Below are positions 42,870 through 51,950 of a stretch of DNA of 64,000 nucleotides, one piece after another. Under the pieces are notes generated by a model. That model had not been told where the DNA came from. It was given only the letters and a program-made list of their open reading frames with translations, and did not search any database. Origin of the DNA: Escherichia phage myPSH1131. The stretch lies in the sequence record MG983840.1. One strand, 5' to 3'. The translations under genes and the position numbers were made by a program. How positions within the stretch are numbered: position 1 is the first letter of the stretch; each line of letters begins with the position of its first letter.

Positions 42870-43025
42870 AGTTCGGCTAGCTCTAGATAGAACTCAGCCT
42901 CATCAGGACGACCTTGTTCATTACAGATGGCGCTCTGACGATAACACCAGTCCGATGGCATCTCTTCCACTTCAATCTCCTTGTTACGAACCAATCAATA
43001 AGAATAGTTCATTCGTCTTATTTAT

Positions 43026-43220
43026 TCACTCTACCAATGCAGGTACTTCCATCCTTTTAACTGTGAATGTCTTGTTTGGAAACTTTCGAACTAGTTCTGC
43101 TGCTTTGGTTATTGCTAAGTTTTCTGTCTCAAAGATACACAGTTGACCATTTAATGCTACGAGAGTGGAGCCACCGCTGAAGACGGCCCAAGATTCATAA
43201 TAACCACGAACACTCATCAC
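43026..43220 (-). CDS. hypothetical protein (paralog of 37701..37892)
   Basis: 64 aa, about 90% identical. Confidence 0.3.
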   Translation of the reverse strand: MMSVRGYYESWAVFSGGSTLVALNGQLCIFETENLAITKAAELVRKFPNKTFTVKRMEVPALVE

Positions 43221-43585
43221 TCAACCTCAATATTATATAGAGTTTTCAGTGTATCTTTAATCCAAGTAATTCGTTTTTGGTTCTTGTGGTGTGATCTGTT
43301 ATCTCTATCTCTGAAATATTGGTCACAGCCAAAAGGGTATGTATGGTCCGAGAATTTATCTTGGTTAAACATGTTCTTCATGTCATCCACGTCTAGATGT
43401 TTTGTGAAATAATAATACTTCTTATAACAGCGGAAGTTGAAGCATAGTCCGTGATCTTCGTTAAACCAAGGAGGACACTCTTCTGTTTGAGTTATATGAT
43501 AATACTGGAGGAGGAAATCTTCCATCCCTCTCTCCTTGAATAAACACCTAAGTGTTCTATAGATTATATTAGTTTCTTTCATCAC
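43217..43585 (-). CDS. hypothetical protein, present only in the second copy of the block
   Basis: 122 aa ORF lying between the small paralog and the polymerase fragment. Confidence 0.3.
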   Translation of the reverse strand: MMKETNIIYRTLRCLFKERGMEDFLLQYYHITQTEECPPWFNEDHGLCFNFRCYKKYYYFTKHLDVDDMKNMFNQDKFSDHTYPFGCDQYFRDRDNRSHHKNQKRITWIKDTLKTLYNIEVE

Positions 43586-43590
43586 TCACC

Positions 43591-43956
43591 TTAGTGTGTG
43601 TGCATCCAGTTAAGTCCAATCTGACAATCAGAAGCCAGAGGGCATTCCATATTCAAATACTCACCAGCCTTCTTAACACAAAGCTCGGTGTGCTCTTTGA
43701 GTTTCTGTACATCATTACGGTTCACTGAGAATTGACCTTCATCGTGCATATCAATTACCTTAGCACAACGAACCTTATCTTTCTCAATCCATTTGTTAAG
43801 TAACATCATAGCATATTTCATAACAACAGCACCAGCACATTGCAGGAGTGTGTTAAGGGCTTTATGAACCATAACTTTACCAGTGGCATCTCGTCTCATT
43901 GTAATCTTACGACCATCAACACCAATCAAGTATCCCTGAGCAGCCTTTTCTGTCAT
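43591..43956 (-). pseudogene. DNA polymerase C-terminal fragment (second copy)
   Basis: 121 aa nearly identical to the last 121 aa of 37901..39745, including HDEGQF. Confidence 0.55.
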
Positions 43957-44038
43957 ACGATCAATGAGGGGTAATTACGATGCAGTGAACGCCCCATTTC
44001 AGGGTCATCACGCCTAGTGGAACCTGAAGAACCTGAAG

Positions 44039-44566
44039 TTATCCCTGAAGAACCTTCAACAGATATCCCGTGTTCTGGAACTCATCAACAATAACAATAG
44101 CATCATTGAAAGAACGACCACGGAGATATTCCAGAGGTACAAACTCAATGTTACCATTTCCGATTTGGCATTCATAGAATCCCTTACCATATCGCTGAGT
44201 AATAACATCAATGATAGGCATCAGGTAAGGTTCAAACTTCTCACGCATTCCTCCCGGAAGTAACCCAAGAGAGTTGCCCATGCCGACAGAAGGGCGACTC
44301 AGAATGATCTTCTGAATCTTACCGCTCTTCAGTGCATCAATAACTGTGGAAGTGATTACAAAGGTCTTACCACAGCCCGCAGGAGCGTCTGTGAACACAA
44401 CTTGTTTAGTCTTAATAGCATTGAGTAGCTCAGACTGAAACTGGTTCTGAGGGACTACAGGCTTTGCTAAAACCACCTCTTCATACTCTCGCTTACCTTT
44501 ACGAGTAACAAGTGCTTCCCGACGAAGGTCTTTCCGTGATTCTTTCCGTGATTGACGACGACTCAT
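44039..44566 (-). CDS. phoH: PhoH-like ATPase, possibly C-terminally truncated
   Basis: Walker A DAPAGCGKTFV and Walker B IVIVDEFQN. The ORF ends shortly after Walker B, next to an apparent junction. Confidence 0.65.
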   Translation of the reverse strand: MSRRQSRKESRKDLRREALVTRKGKREYEEVVLAKPVVPQNQFQSELLNAIKTKQVVFTDAPAGCGKTFVITSTVIDALKSGKIQKIILSRPSVGMGNSLGLLPGGMREKFEPYLMPIIDVITQRYGKGFYECQIGNGNIEFVPLEYLRGRSFNDAIVIVDEFQNTGYLLKVLQG

Positions 44567-44748
44567 TTACGCTCTCCAATTTCTTCGTAATGACACTCAG
44601 TAGTTAAGCAGTCTTTACAGATTGCTGTATAAACCCTGACGTTAGTAAATCGTTTGTTCTTCCCTTTGGTTGGAGAGCCTTTGGCAAGCTCTCTGATAAC
44701 CTTGTTACTTAAATGAAGGTTTGTTCCTTCACATTTAGAGCACTTCAT
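44563..44748 (-). CDS. zinc-ribbon protein
   Basis: CSKCEG ... CKDC four-cysteine pattern. Confidence 0.3.
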   Translation of the reverse strand: MKCSKCEGTNLHLSNKVIRELAKGSPTKGKNKRFTNVRVYTAICKDCLTTECHYEEIGERK

Positions 44749-45064
44749 GGTTCATATCTTTATGAATCCTGTAAACAGCTGTCGCCATACAAGCAACAGC
44801 CTCGTTGTGTGGGAGGTGCATCCCTGTAGAACCATCCCAATCTTTGAACTCATTGTCAAAGACTCCGGTAGGCTCTGGATATAGAGCTTGCAGCTCCACT
44901 AGATCATTAGCAACTTGTTGCCATTTATCATCAGACCAGATAGGGTCATCCAACCAGTAATACAAATAGGAATGGATGATCAATTGCCTTCTATGCCGAT
45001 TGATTACTTCAGCGGGACTTATCTCACTTCCATTTGAAGTCCTAAATGTATTACTGTCAATCAT
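44735..45064 (-). CDS. hypothetical protein
   Basis: 109 aa ORF in a tightly packed gene series. Confidence 0.3.
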   Translation of the reverse strand: MIDSNTFRTSNGSEISPAEVINRHRRQLIIHSYLYYWLDDPIWSDDKWQQVANDLVELQALYPEPTGVFDNEFKDWDGSTGMHLPHNEAVACMATAVYRIHKDMNHEVL

Positions 45065-45315
45065 TTCACAACCTTAAATTTGAATGTTGTTGGGTGATAA
45101 TAATGCAACCTATTGATAGTGTGCTTTGTTTCGAGATATATCCTGCAAGAGTGGCACATGACATGGGTCAGACCAGTTACAGGGTTAGGTTTGAAGTTGG
45201 CGACAGGCTTCTCTTTCTTACAGAAGCTACAGACTTTCTTTTCCATCTTTTCTCCAGTGGTCAACGAATTGCTGAAACACCTTATGGTCGAATGTGAAAC
45301 CACGAGCAATCCCAC
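45061..45315 (-). CDS. hypothetical protein with Cys pairs
   Basis: CSFCKK ... CHSCR. Confidence 0.25.
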   Translation of the reverse strand: MGLLVVSHSTIRCFSNSLTTGEKMEKKVCSFCKKEKPVANFKPNPVTGLTHVMCHSCRIYLETKHTINRLHYYHPTTFKFKVVK

Positions 45316-45476
45316 ACTCTACGAAAGTAGAAGGCATATAGTCTACATCATCTTTAGACGTATGACCATAAACTTGAATAAGCTTTTTAATCTTATCCTT
45401 CTCTCTTCGAGGAAGCATCCTAAATGCCTCCTGAATATCTGTAATATGTTTGATTTTCATCAGAAAGCCTCTGATA

Positions 45477-45962
45477 TTAACTCTCCAAAGTTTTCTTCAG
45501 AGCTGCCCATGAGATTGGGTAGAGCTTAGCCATCTCTTCATCTACGGATTTAGCAAACACTCGAACTTCATATTGAGCGTGAGATGAGAGTCGCTGACGA
45601 CACAACTCAAACCAGCCATACAAAGAACCAGTCCACACCCACTCAGTGATCATCCCCTGAGGAAGAACAAATCGAGCTTGCTCTGGTGCAATAAATTCAA
45701 TCAACTTGTCATATGTTGCTAGAGAAGCTTCATATGCATCGTTAATCAACATTAATGCTTCAGCTCGTTCTCCGTCGATGAGTTGAATCCCTGAACCTGC
45801 ATGGAGGTCCGAAGGTCTCGCAAAAATCTCTTTAGGGATGAAGACTTCAACTGCTCCATCTTTATACCGCCGGGACATTTCGTTCCACGAGAATCCAACC
45901 TGATGCTTGCCCAGCTGTCTCGCAATTGCGATAGGTGCTTTGCATCGGAAACTGACTTGTAT
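45477..45962 (-). pseudogene. thyX: flavin-dependent thymidylate synthase ThyX, lacking N-terminus and start
   Basis: RFVLPQGMITEWVWTGSLYGWFELCRQRLSSHAQYEVR aligns with the ThyX core I recall from T. maritima. The frame is open upstream to 45962 with no start, and the RHR motif position reads GKHQ. Confidence 0.6.
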
Positions 45963-45972
45963 CTACTACCAA

Positions 45973-46182
45973 TCAGTAGTAAATTACTTTAGACATAAAA
46001 GAACCAGTGTTAGGGTCTTCATACCAGCGATGTATGTCAGCGCTTTTTACTATTGTGCCCAGAGTCTTCAACTGTTTCTTAGCAATACGAGCCTCTTTGC
46101 GAGTGTCAAACAATTTGATGTTATCTTTTCTCATGTGTTGCTCAAGATCCCAAACAACATGAATAGCCCACATCTTTTTCAT
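45973..46182 (-). CDS. small protein, tandem paralog family (C-terminal KV-YY)
   Basis: 69 aa ending SKVIYY. Confidence 0.35.
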   Translation of the reverse strand: MKKMWAIHVVWDLEQHMRKDNIKLFDTRKEARIAKKQLKTLGTIVKSADIHRWYEDPNTGSFMSKVIYY

Positions 46183-46391
46183 TAGTAATGTACCTTTCCG
46201 CTGATATAAACACGACCAGAAGAATACTCCTTGGCCTTATGGATGCTGATACTATTAACCACGTCACCAGTAAGCATAGTCTTTTTAAAATCTCGAGCTT
46301 GTTGACGAGTAGGGAGTGCAGTCATAGTCATACCACCTGATGCCCACTTAATCTTCGCTAACCAGAATTTTCTCATAGTGATTGGTCTCAT
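46182..46391 (-). CDS. small protein, tandem paralog
   Basis: 69 aa ending GKVHY. Confidence 0.35.
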   Translation of the reverse strand: MRPITMRKFWLAKIKWASGGMTMTALPTRQQARDFKKTMLTGDVVNSISIHKAKEYSSGRVYISGKVHY

Positions 46392-46588
46392 TAGTAATAA
46401 ACCTTACTGTTGACACAAAAAGCACCTTCACTATTCACGATAGCTTTTCCTAATGTAACCTTGTTAAGTCTAAAAGTAGACTTGTATTGGTTTTTGACCC
46501 TACGTGCGTGCTCTCGAGTATTAACAAAATCTACAGCTACTAACTCTCCAGTCGTGTTATCATGTACACGAACAATCCACTTTTTCAT
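46391..46588 (-). CDS. small protein, tandem paralog
   Basis: 65 aa ending SKVYY. Confidence 0.35.
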   Translation of the reverse strand: MKKWIVRVHDNTTGELVAVDFVNTREHARRVKNQYKSTFRLNKVTLGKAIVNSEGAFCVNSKVYY

Positions 46589-46791
46589 TTTACTAAACCC
46601 TTCATGTAGTCATAAAGATCATTAGAAGCTTTACCCCATTCAAGGTGCTTCTTATCCATATAACGCTTACAGACTTCTTTATTACCTTCATCACAAGTAT
46701 CAAATCGATGACATGCCCGACCAAATACCATTGCTTTTAACTGAGCATCAGTAGTTAAATATTTAAGTTCTTGAAACTCTTCTTTATTCAT
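46585..46791 (-). CDS. hypothetical protein
   Basis: 68 aa ORF. Confidence 0.3.
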   Translation of the reverse strand: MNKEEFQELKYLTTDAQLKAMVFGRACHRFDTCDEGNKEVCKRYMDKKHLEWGKASNDLYDYMKGLVK

Positions 46792-47325
46792 TTACACACC
46801 CTTAGATGCAACTACACCTTCAGAGTTATTATAACGACCCTTCACTGCATAGGAGTGTTCCCCTGCATGAGAGTGCTCAAACATGACCATCTGACCAACA
46901 CGCATACCAGCACGAACTCGTAAGCTATGATGCTTGGTTACGTTATGGAATTCAAATGTCAGCTTACTACTATTAAATCCTGCATCTGCCCAACCGGCGT
47001 GAAGGTGGTTCAAACCACAACGAGCCATAGACGAACGCAGAACAAACAGACTTGAGATGTTATCTGGAAGATTAAACTCCTCCATAGAGTGAGCCAAGAA
47101 GAACTGACCCGGAGTGATAACCAAACCCTCTTCAGGAATCTTTACTTCCTTCCACTGAAGATTCTCTTTCGCATCAATATCAACGATGCCATCAGCCTGT
47201 TCTTCAACAAGGATAGTATCGCCAATACGAATATCCACACTAGCAGCGTTAACATACTTATGCTCCGCATCCAGATAGCCATTGTCAATTACATCATGCA
47301 GTTCAACACTTCCTAGTAAACTCAT
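46792..47325 (-). CDS. dcd: dCTP deaminase
   Basis: SVDIRIGD and LFVLRSSMARCGLNHLHAGWADAGFNSSKLTFEFHN align along the length of E. coli Dcd as I recall it. Confidence 0.75.
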   Translation of the reverse strand: MSLLGSVELHDVIDNGYLDAEHKYVNAASVDIRIGDTILVEEQADGIVDIDAKENLQWKEVKIPEEGLVITPGQFFLAHSMEEFNLPDNISSLFVLRSSMARCGLNHLHAGWADAGFNSSKLTFEFHNVTKHHSLRVRAGMRVGQMVMFEHSHAGEHSYAVKGRYNNSEGVVASKGV

Positions 47326-47540
47326 TCTTGCTCCTTAGTTATTTGTTTCCATCTTCAACTGTTTCTTAGCAATACGAGCCTCTTTGCGAGTGTCAAACAA
47401 ACAATTTGATGTATATCTTTTCTCATGTTGCTCAAGATCCCAAACAACATGAAATTAACAGCTGAGTGTGGTGCATCAATAACACCATCATCAATTAATT
47501 TATGTAACTCTGGACTTCCTAGTAAACTCATTCTTATTCC

Positions 47541-48914
47541 TTAGTTATTTGTTTCCATGTCAAAAGAGATTCCACGACCCGCTTCATCGGCAAACCGAAC
47601 TGTACGGGTTTGAGGTTCTAATACTTCAGGGTTGTTAGCAATAAAGCGATCAGCGAGACTGCGGCTGACAGCCTCAGCGAGTTCCTCATGAGAAGGAGTA
47701 TCAAGATCGGAGAGACTGCCTACCACATCTTGGGCCACACCTTCATCAGTCCACACAGCCCTAACAGGTGCGTTGATATCACCAACAGCAAAACCCTGAC
47801 CAGAGAACTGACGTGCGCTAACAGTTAAGCCATTTGGTCGACCACGAGAGGGTCTAGCCATCCATCGCTCCATAGAATCACTTGTAACACCAAGAGCTTC
47901 TTCAAAAGATGTTCTACGAGTAGTAGGTCTTATTCTTCGTGACTCTTGTGCTCGACGCATTGCAGGGGCTACAAACACCCCTTCAATTGCATTGTGTCGG
48001 TTAGGTTCTTCTTCCCGACCAAGTAGGTCGCCACCCGTGTTGGTTGTTAAGTTTGTCAACCCTTCAGACCAATACGCACTAATCTGACTAGATCCATGAA
48101 CACTTGACATTAACTGGATTTCTTCATAAGGGATTCCAAATAATCGACTCATGTCACGATTAACACAATACTGAGCACTTGTTGTATCCTCAATAAGAGC
48201 AACCTGACCTCGTTCGTTGACCAGATGATTAATCGGTTGAGGTGTGGGAAGATATCGAGTTTGGGCCATGTATTGATGTGCAGCTGCTGGAGAGGAAAAT
48301 CTCAACACTTGCGAGTTAGGCCACTTCTTGTGAACATACCTGATTTCACGATTAGAAACAACCACTGGACAAGGAGCGGTCATAGCCAAATATCCGTGAG
48401 AGGTCATGAATAAGTTGTCAAGAGTCATCGCACCACGGCACATCATAGGAAAATTATCCAATACCTCTTCAATAGAAGTAGGATAATTAAACATGAATTG
48501 GATACGAACCCCATCCCACTGAAACTCAATAATATCAGTGAATGTTAATTGAGAACTCCCAGCATAGGATTCGTTTGTAGCTTCAGCAAGAAGGGATGCA
48601 TATTCAATATCTTGTGACTCTAACCATTCCTTCACATTACTTTCAATCTCTCTTCCAAGAGCTTGCCAACGATCAGTTGGGACGAAAGTATTTTGAGTTC
48701 TTGGTGTTTGTCCTCTGACAATAAAGATATCAATGTCATGTGGAGCTGTGTTATTAAGCACAGCATCACGAACAGCCCCACCAGTAATGATGGGACAGAT
48801 ACCGTCTGGAACTAAATTGTTGTTAATCAACTGTTCAATGAAGTGACGACCAACAGTGATATCAGGTTGTTGAGCAACCTTATCTTCAATTTGGTTAATC
48901 GGGATAACAATCAT
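47541..48914 (-). CDS. Pol-beta-superfamily nucleotidyltransferase, CCA-adding / poly(A)-polymerase-like
   Basis: Head-domain motif ITGGAVRDAVLNN...HDIDIF. Start moved to MIVIPINQ, 1 nt after the upstream ORF stop. Confidence 0.55.
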   Translation of the reverse strand: MIVIPINQIEDKVAQQPDITVGRHFIEQLINNNLVPDGICPIITGGAVRDAVLNNTAPHDIDIFIVRGQTPRTQNTFVPTDRWQALGREIESNVKEWLESQDIEYASLLAEATNESYAGSSQLTFTDIIEFQWDGVRIQFMFNYPTSIEEVLDNFPMMCRGAMTLDNLFMTSHGYLAMTAPCPVVVSNREIRYVHKKWPNSQVLRFSSPAAAHQYMAQTRYLPTPQPINHLVNERGQVALIEDTTSAQYCVNRDMSRLFGIPYEEIQLMSSVHGSSQISAYWSEGLTNLTTNTGGDLLGREEEPNRHNAIEGVFVAPAMRRAQESRRIRPTTRRTSFEEALGVTSDSMERWMARPSRGRPNGLTVSARQFSGQGFAVGDINAPVRAVWTDEGVAQDVVGSLSDLDTPSHEELAEAVSRSLADRFIANNPEVLEPQTRTVRFADEAGRGISFDMETNN

Positions 48915-48915
48915 T

Positions 48916-49410
48916 TTACATTTTCCAATATAATGAAGGTGGGTCGTAAGGGTCAAATCCCGTGAGTTCACACAAGAAAAGATAAACCTTAACAGTTAAG
49001 TTAACGTCCTGTTCACAATAAGTAAACATATCTTCAGTGAAAGCATCCCATGCTTCCTCTTGCTCACCATAATCGCCCTTAAGTTCTCCTAAGAACTCAC
49101 CCCACTGCTTCAAACCATGACCCCTTGGGCCACGTCTAGGGTCGCCTTTCGGATACTCAGGACTGTCACCAATACGGTCAGGTTTAAGATATCGACTAAG
49201 ACATAAAGTGTCGAAGACGTTAAAACGATAGTTAATCAGATTGGGATACATCTTCTTCAGAGCACAAAGGTCGAAGTCAATAATATTGTGACCCACCAGT
49301 ACATCTGCTTCTGTAAGTTTACGAATCCCATCTTCAATTTGGTGAGGCCGATAGCCCCACCTTTCACCAGTTTCAACATCGAAGATATAAATACACCATA
49401 CTAAAGTGCA
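48916..49410 (-). pseudogene. family A DNA polymerase 3'-5' exonuclease domain, N-terminus disrupted
   Basis: Exo motifs [14 protein letters not shown] and YCEQDV. A second Exo-I-like stretch FAFDIES lies in another frame, and there is no clean start codon. Confidence 0.55.
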
Positions 49411-49450
49411 TTACTCTCGATATCGAATGCAAACACTTTCTTCTTTTTCT

Positions 49451-50791
49451 TTACCACGGTGAAGCTCCATCTGCTTGGTTGACGAGAGAAGCTGCATCCT
49501 CTCCGTTAGTTAAAACGAATGGATTATCTTCATCAACTTCAAAGTCTTCCCTTTCTACAAGTCTCCCGGTTTCACTGATATACTTAGTATAGCAGACACC
49601 TGTCTGACCGTAGTTACGTTCTTTCAGTAATCGAATGACTGAGAGGTTCTTAGCTAAGCCATCAGCTTGCTTGTCACGCTCAAAGCCAATGATACACTGA
49701 CACCAACGCATAAGAGAACGAGAGCCAGTGAACTGCACTTCACGTACCTGTCCACCTTCTTCATGAGGAGCACCACCTGCCGGAGCATTAAGGTGAGATA
49801 GCACAAAAGCGGTAAAGTAAAGTCTAATTCTTTACACATACCAGCAAGCACCAGAGCGGTAATGTTATCAAGGATGATGAAACTACTTACACTGGTTTTC
49901 AACTACCCAGAAACGGATACACTGTTTAATGTCTTCCCATTCATTCTGTCCGAAGTTGTCATACAAGAAGAATTTGTCTGCATAACGAAGTGCTTCATTA
50001 CGCAAATCCTCCTCATCATATTCAACATCAGGTCGGTGGAAAGGAATTGATGCCGACTTACCAGCAATGTTCTTAACAGACATGCCTACCTTCTCTTCCA
50101 AGAAGAAGCCACCTCCATTAAAACCATGTTCTAAGCACAGATGAGCAACCAGCTCATGAGCAATGAGTGTTTTACCACTCCCTACTCCACCACCAATTGC
50201 TACCACCTCTCCCCATCGAATACCGAAGGTCATCTCATTCAGAGTCTTCCACGGATATGGGATACCCCACTCCGCTTTCTTCAGAGCATCATCAAGGCAA
50301 TCAAAGATTGTTACAGCACCAGCAGGAGATTCCCGCTTTGCTGAGTACTTGAGAATGTTGAATAACTCTTGACCACGACCAGACAGAAGCATGTCATTCG
50401 CATCCTTAATCTCTTTCTCCACACCGTTGTATGGGAAAGTTCCTTTAGGAATACGAGCAAACTTAACATGAGGGAATAAAGAACGACCTTTTGTTAAAGC
50501 TATCTCACCTGCATCATCGTTGTCCATGCAGAGCACAACCTCCTCAAAACCATTTACGAAGTCTCGATTACGAGACAACACAGAAGAGATTGAACCTGCA
50601 CCGAACGGTAAAGAAACACATGCTGGTTTGATGTTTGTTGCATTTGTAAAAGCTGTAAGGACATGGAAACCTGACATACAGGATAGCGGGTCTTCAAAAA
50701 TGAAAGAGATGCTCGGGAAGTAGGAACCACCGTAACGGACAACAGAGATCGAAGTTATCTTCAGTCCAACCTTCGCCAATGAGATTAGCAA
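49451..50791 (-). pseudogene. primase-helicase (T7 gp4-like), split over three reading frames
   Basis: TOPRIM CMDNDDAG and Walker A GGGVGSGKT in one frame, Walker B FIILDNITALV in a second, H3/H4 region APHEEGGQVREVQFTGSRSL...LKERNYGQTG in a third. Confidence 0.7.
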
Positions 50792-50896
50792 TAGTCCGTA
50801 AATTTTTAAACGGGTGACCTACGTAAATTACTTCTGACATTTAAAATACCTTTAGTCTTTCATGATGTTTTCAATGTAAGACCCGTTGCGTACGAC

Positions 50897-51076
50897 TTAC
50901 AGGGTGCAGTGCGTAGTGCCCTTTTCGAACACTTCGTAATTCCCACAACGGTTACAACTTCCCCACTCCTCACCAGTCTCTTCGTTACGGAAGAGAATCA
51001 TGTGGTTGTGGGTTTTATCACGACCATGAGAGATACATTCCTTACAACCTGTGTCTCCCAAAATGATCTTTGACAT
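50897..51076 (-). pseudogene. primase zinc-binding domain as a detached 59-aa ORF
   Basis: MSKIILGDTGCKECISHG...GSCNRCGNY (CxxC...CxxC), SD AAGGAGGA. Separated from the TOPRIM region by a GGCT-gene-like fragment. Confidence 0.5.
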
Positions 51077-51313
51077 GCTCTTCCTCCTTGGAATCCTTGA
51101 GCTTAGTAGAACGAACGAATTTCATCCCACACTTGTTCCTGTTCTTTCCTATAAAAAGAAAGTTGGGTCTTGAACATCTCCACTGATGATTCAAAGTTTT
51201 TGGTTTGTGCAGCTTCAACGAAACGTTCATGTCGGTTGATTTTGCACCGTAGCATTAAATACTTGGCTTCAAGTCTCCGAAGAGCTTACTCAATCTTTCA
51301 TGTTTCATAAAAC

Positions 51314-51688
51314 CTACCAGTCTTGTTCTTCGTCGATATGATAAATCCAAGCGATAACAGTTTCACCTGAGTCCATCTTAACAGCAATCTGAGTACGCTG
51401 ATAGAAGCTGTCTTCAGGGCTACGTTTGTTGTAACCTTCCAGACGGTCATACGGACCTTCCAGACCTGCTTTGTCAGTAGCAAACACTTCTACACGAACA
51501 GGCTTGTTGTTATTGCTGTGTGCGAGAGAGATGCTCGGGAAGTAGGAACCACCGTAACGGAACAGATCAAAGTTGTCTTCAGTCCAACCTTCACCAATTG
51601 ACTTAGCACCAGCTCGGTCATTAACTAAATAGTTAGCTTGACCACGACGAAGAGAACCATAAGTTGCTACGTAAATTACTTCTGACAT
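51314..51688 (-). CDS. gamma-glutamyl cyclotransferase-like (GGCT/AIG2 fold) protein
   Basis: N-terminal VIYVATYGSLRRGQAN fits the GGCT/AIG2 signature. Confidence 0.5.
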   Translation of the reverse strand: MSEVIYVATYGSLRRGQANYLVNDRAGAKSIGEGWTEDNFDLFRYGGSYFPSISLAHSNNNKPVRVEVFATDKAGLEGPYDRLEGYNKRSPEDSFYQRTQIAVKMDSGETVIAWIYHIDEEQDW

Positions 51689-51716
51689 TATCTATACCTT
51701 TGTTGGTTTGTTTAGT

Positions 51717-51941
51717 TTATCCGACGTTAGCATTTAAGCGAAGTTCCTGAATCTTAGTGTCAATTGAGGGCCATAAGGAAGAACACGCACCATTGTTAGA
51801 TACCTTTAAGTTTAAGAATTTCGTTAGAACGCGATCTCCAATACGAACATCAATGCTGGAGGAATTAACAGCTGAGTGTGGTGCATCAATAACACCATCA
51901 TCAATTAATTTATGTAACTCTGGACTTCCTAGTAAACTCAT
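51717..51941 (-). pseudogene. dCTP deaminase N-terminal fragment (second copy)
   Basis: 74 aa matching the first ~40 aa of 46792..47325, then divergent. Confidence 0.45.
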
Positions 51942-51950
51942 TCTTATTCC

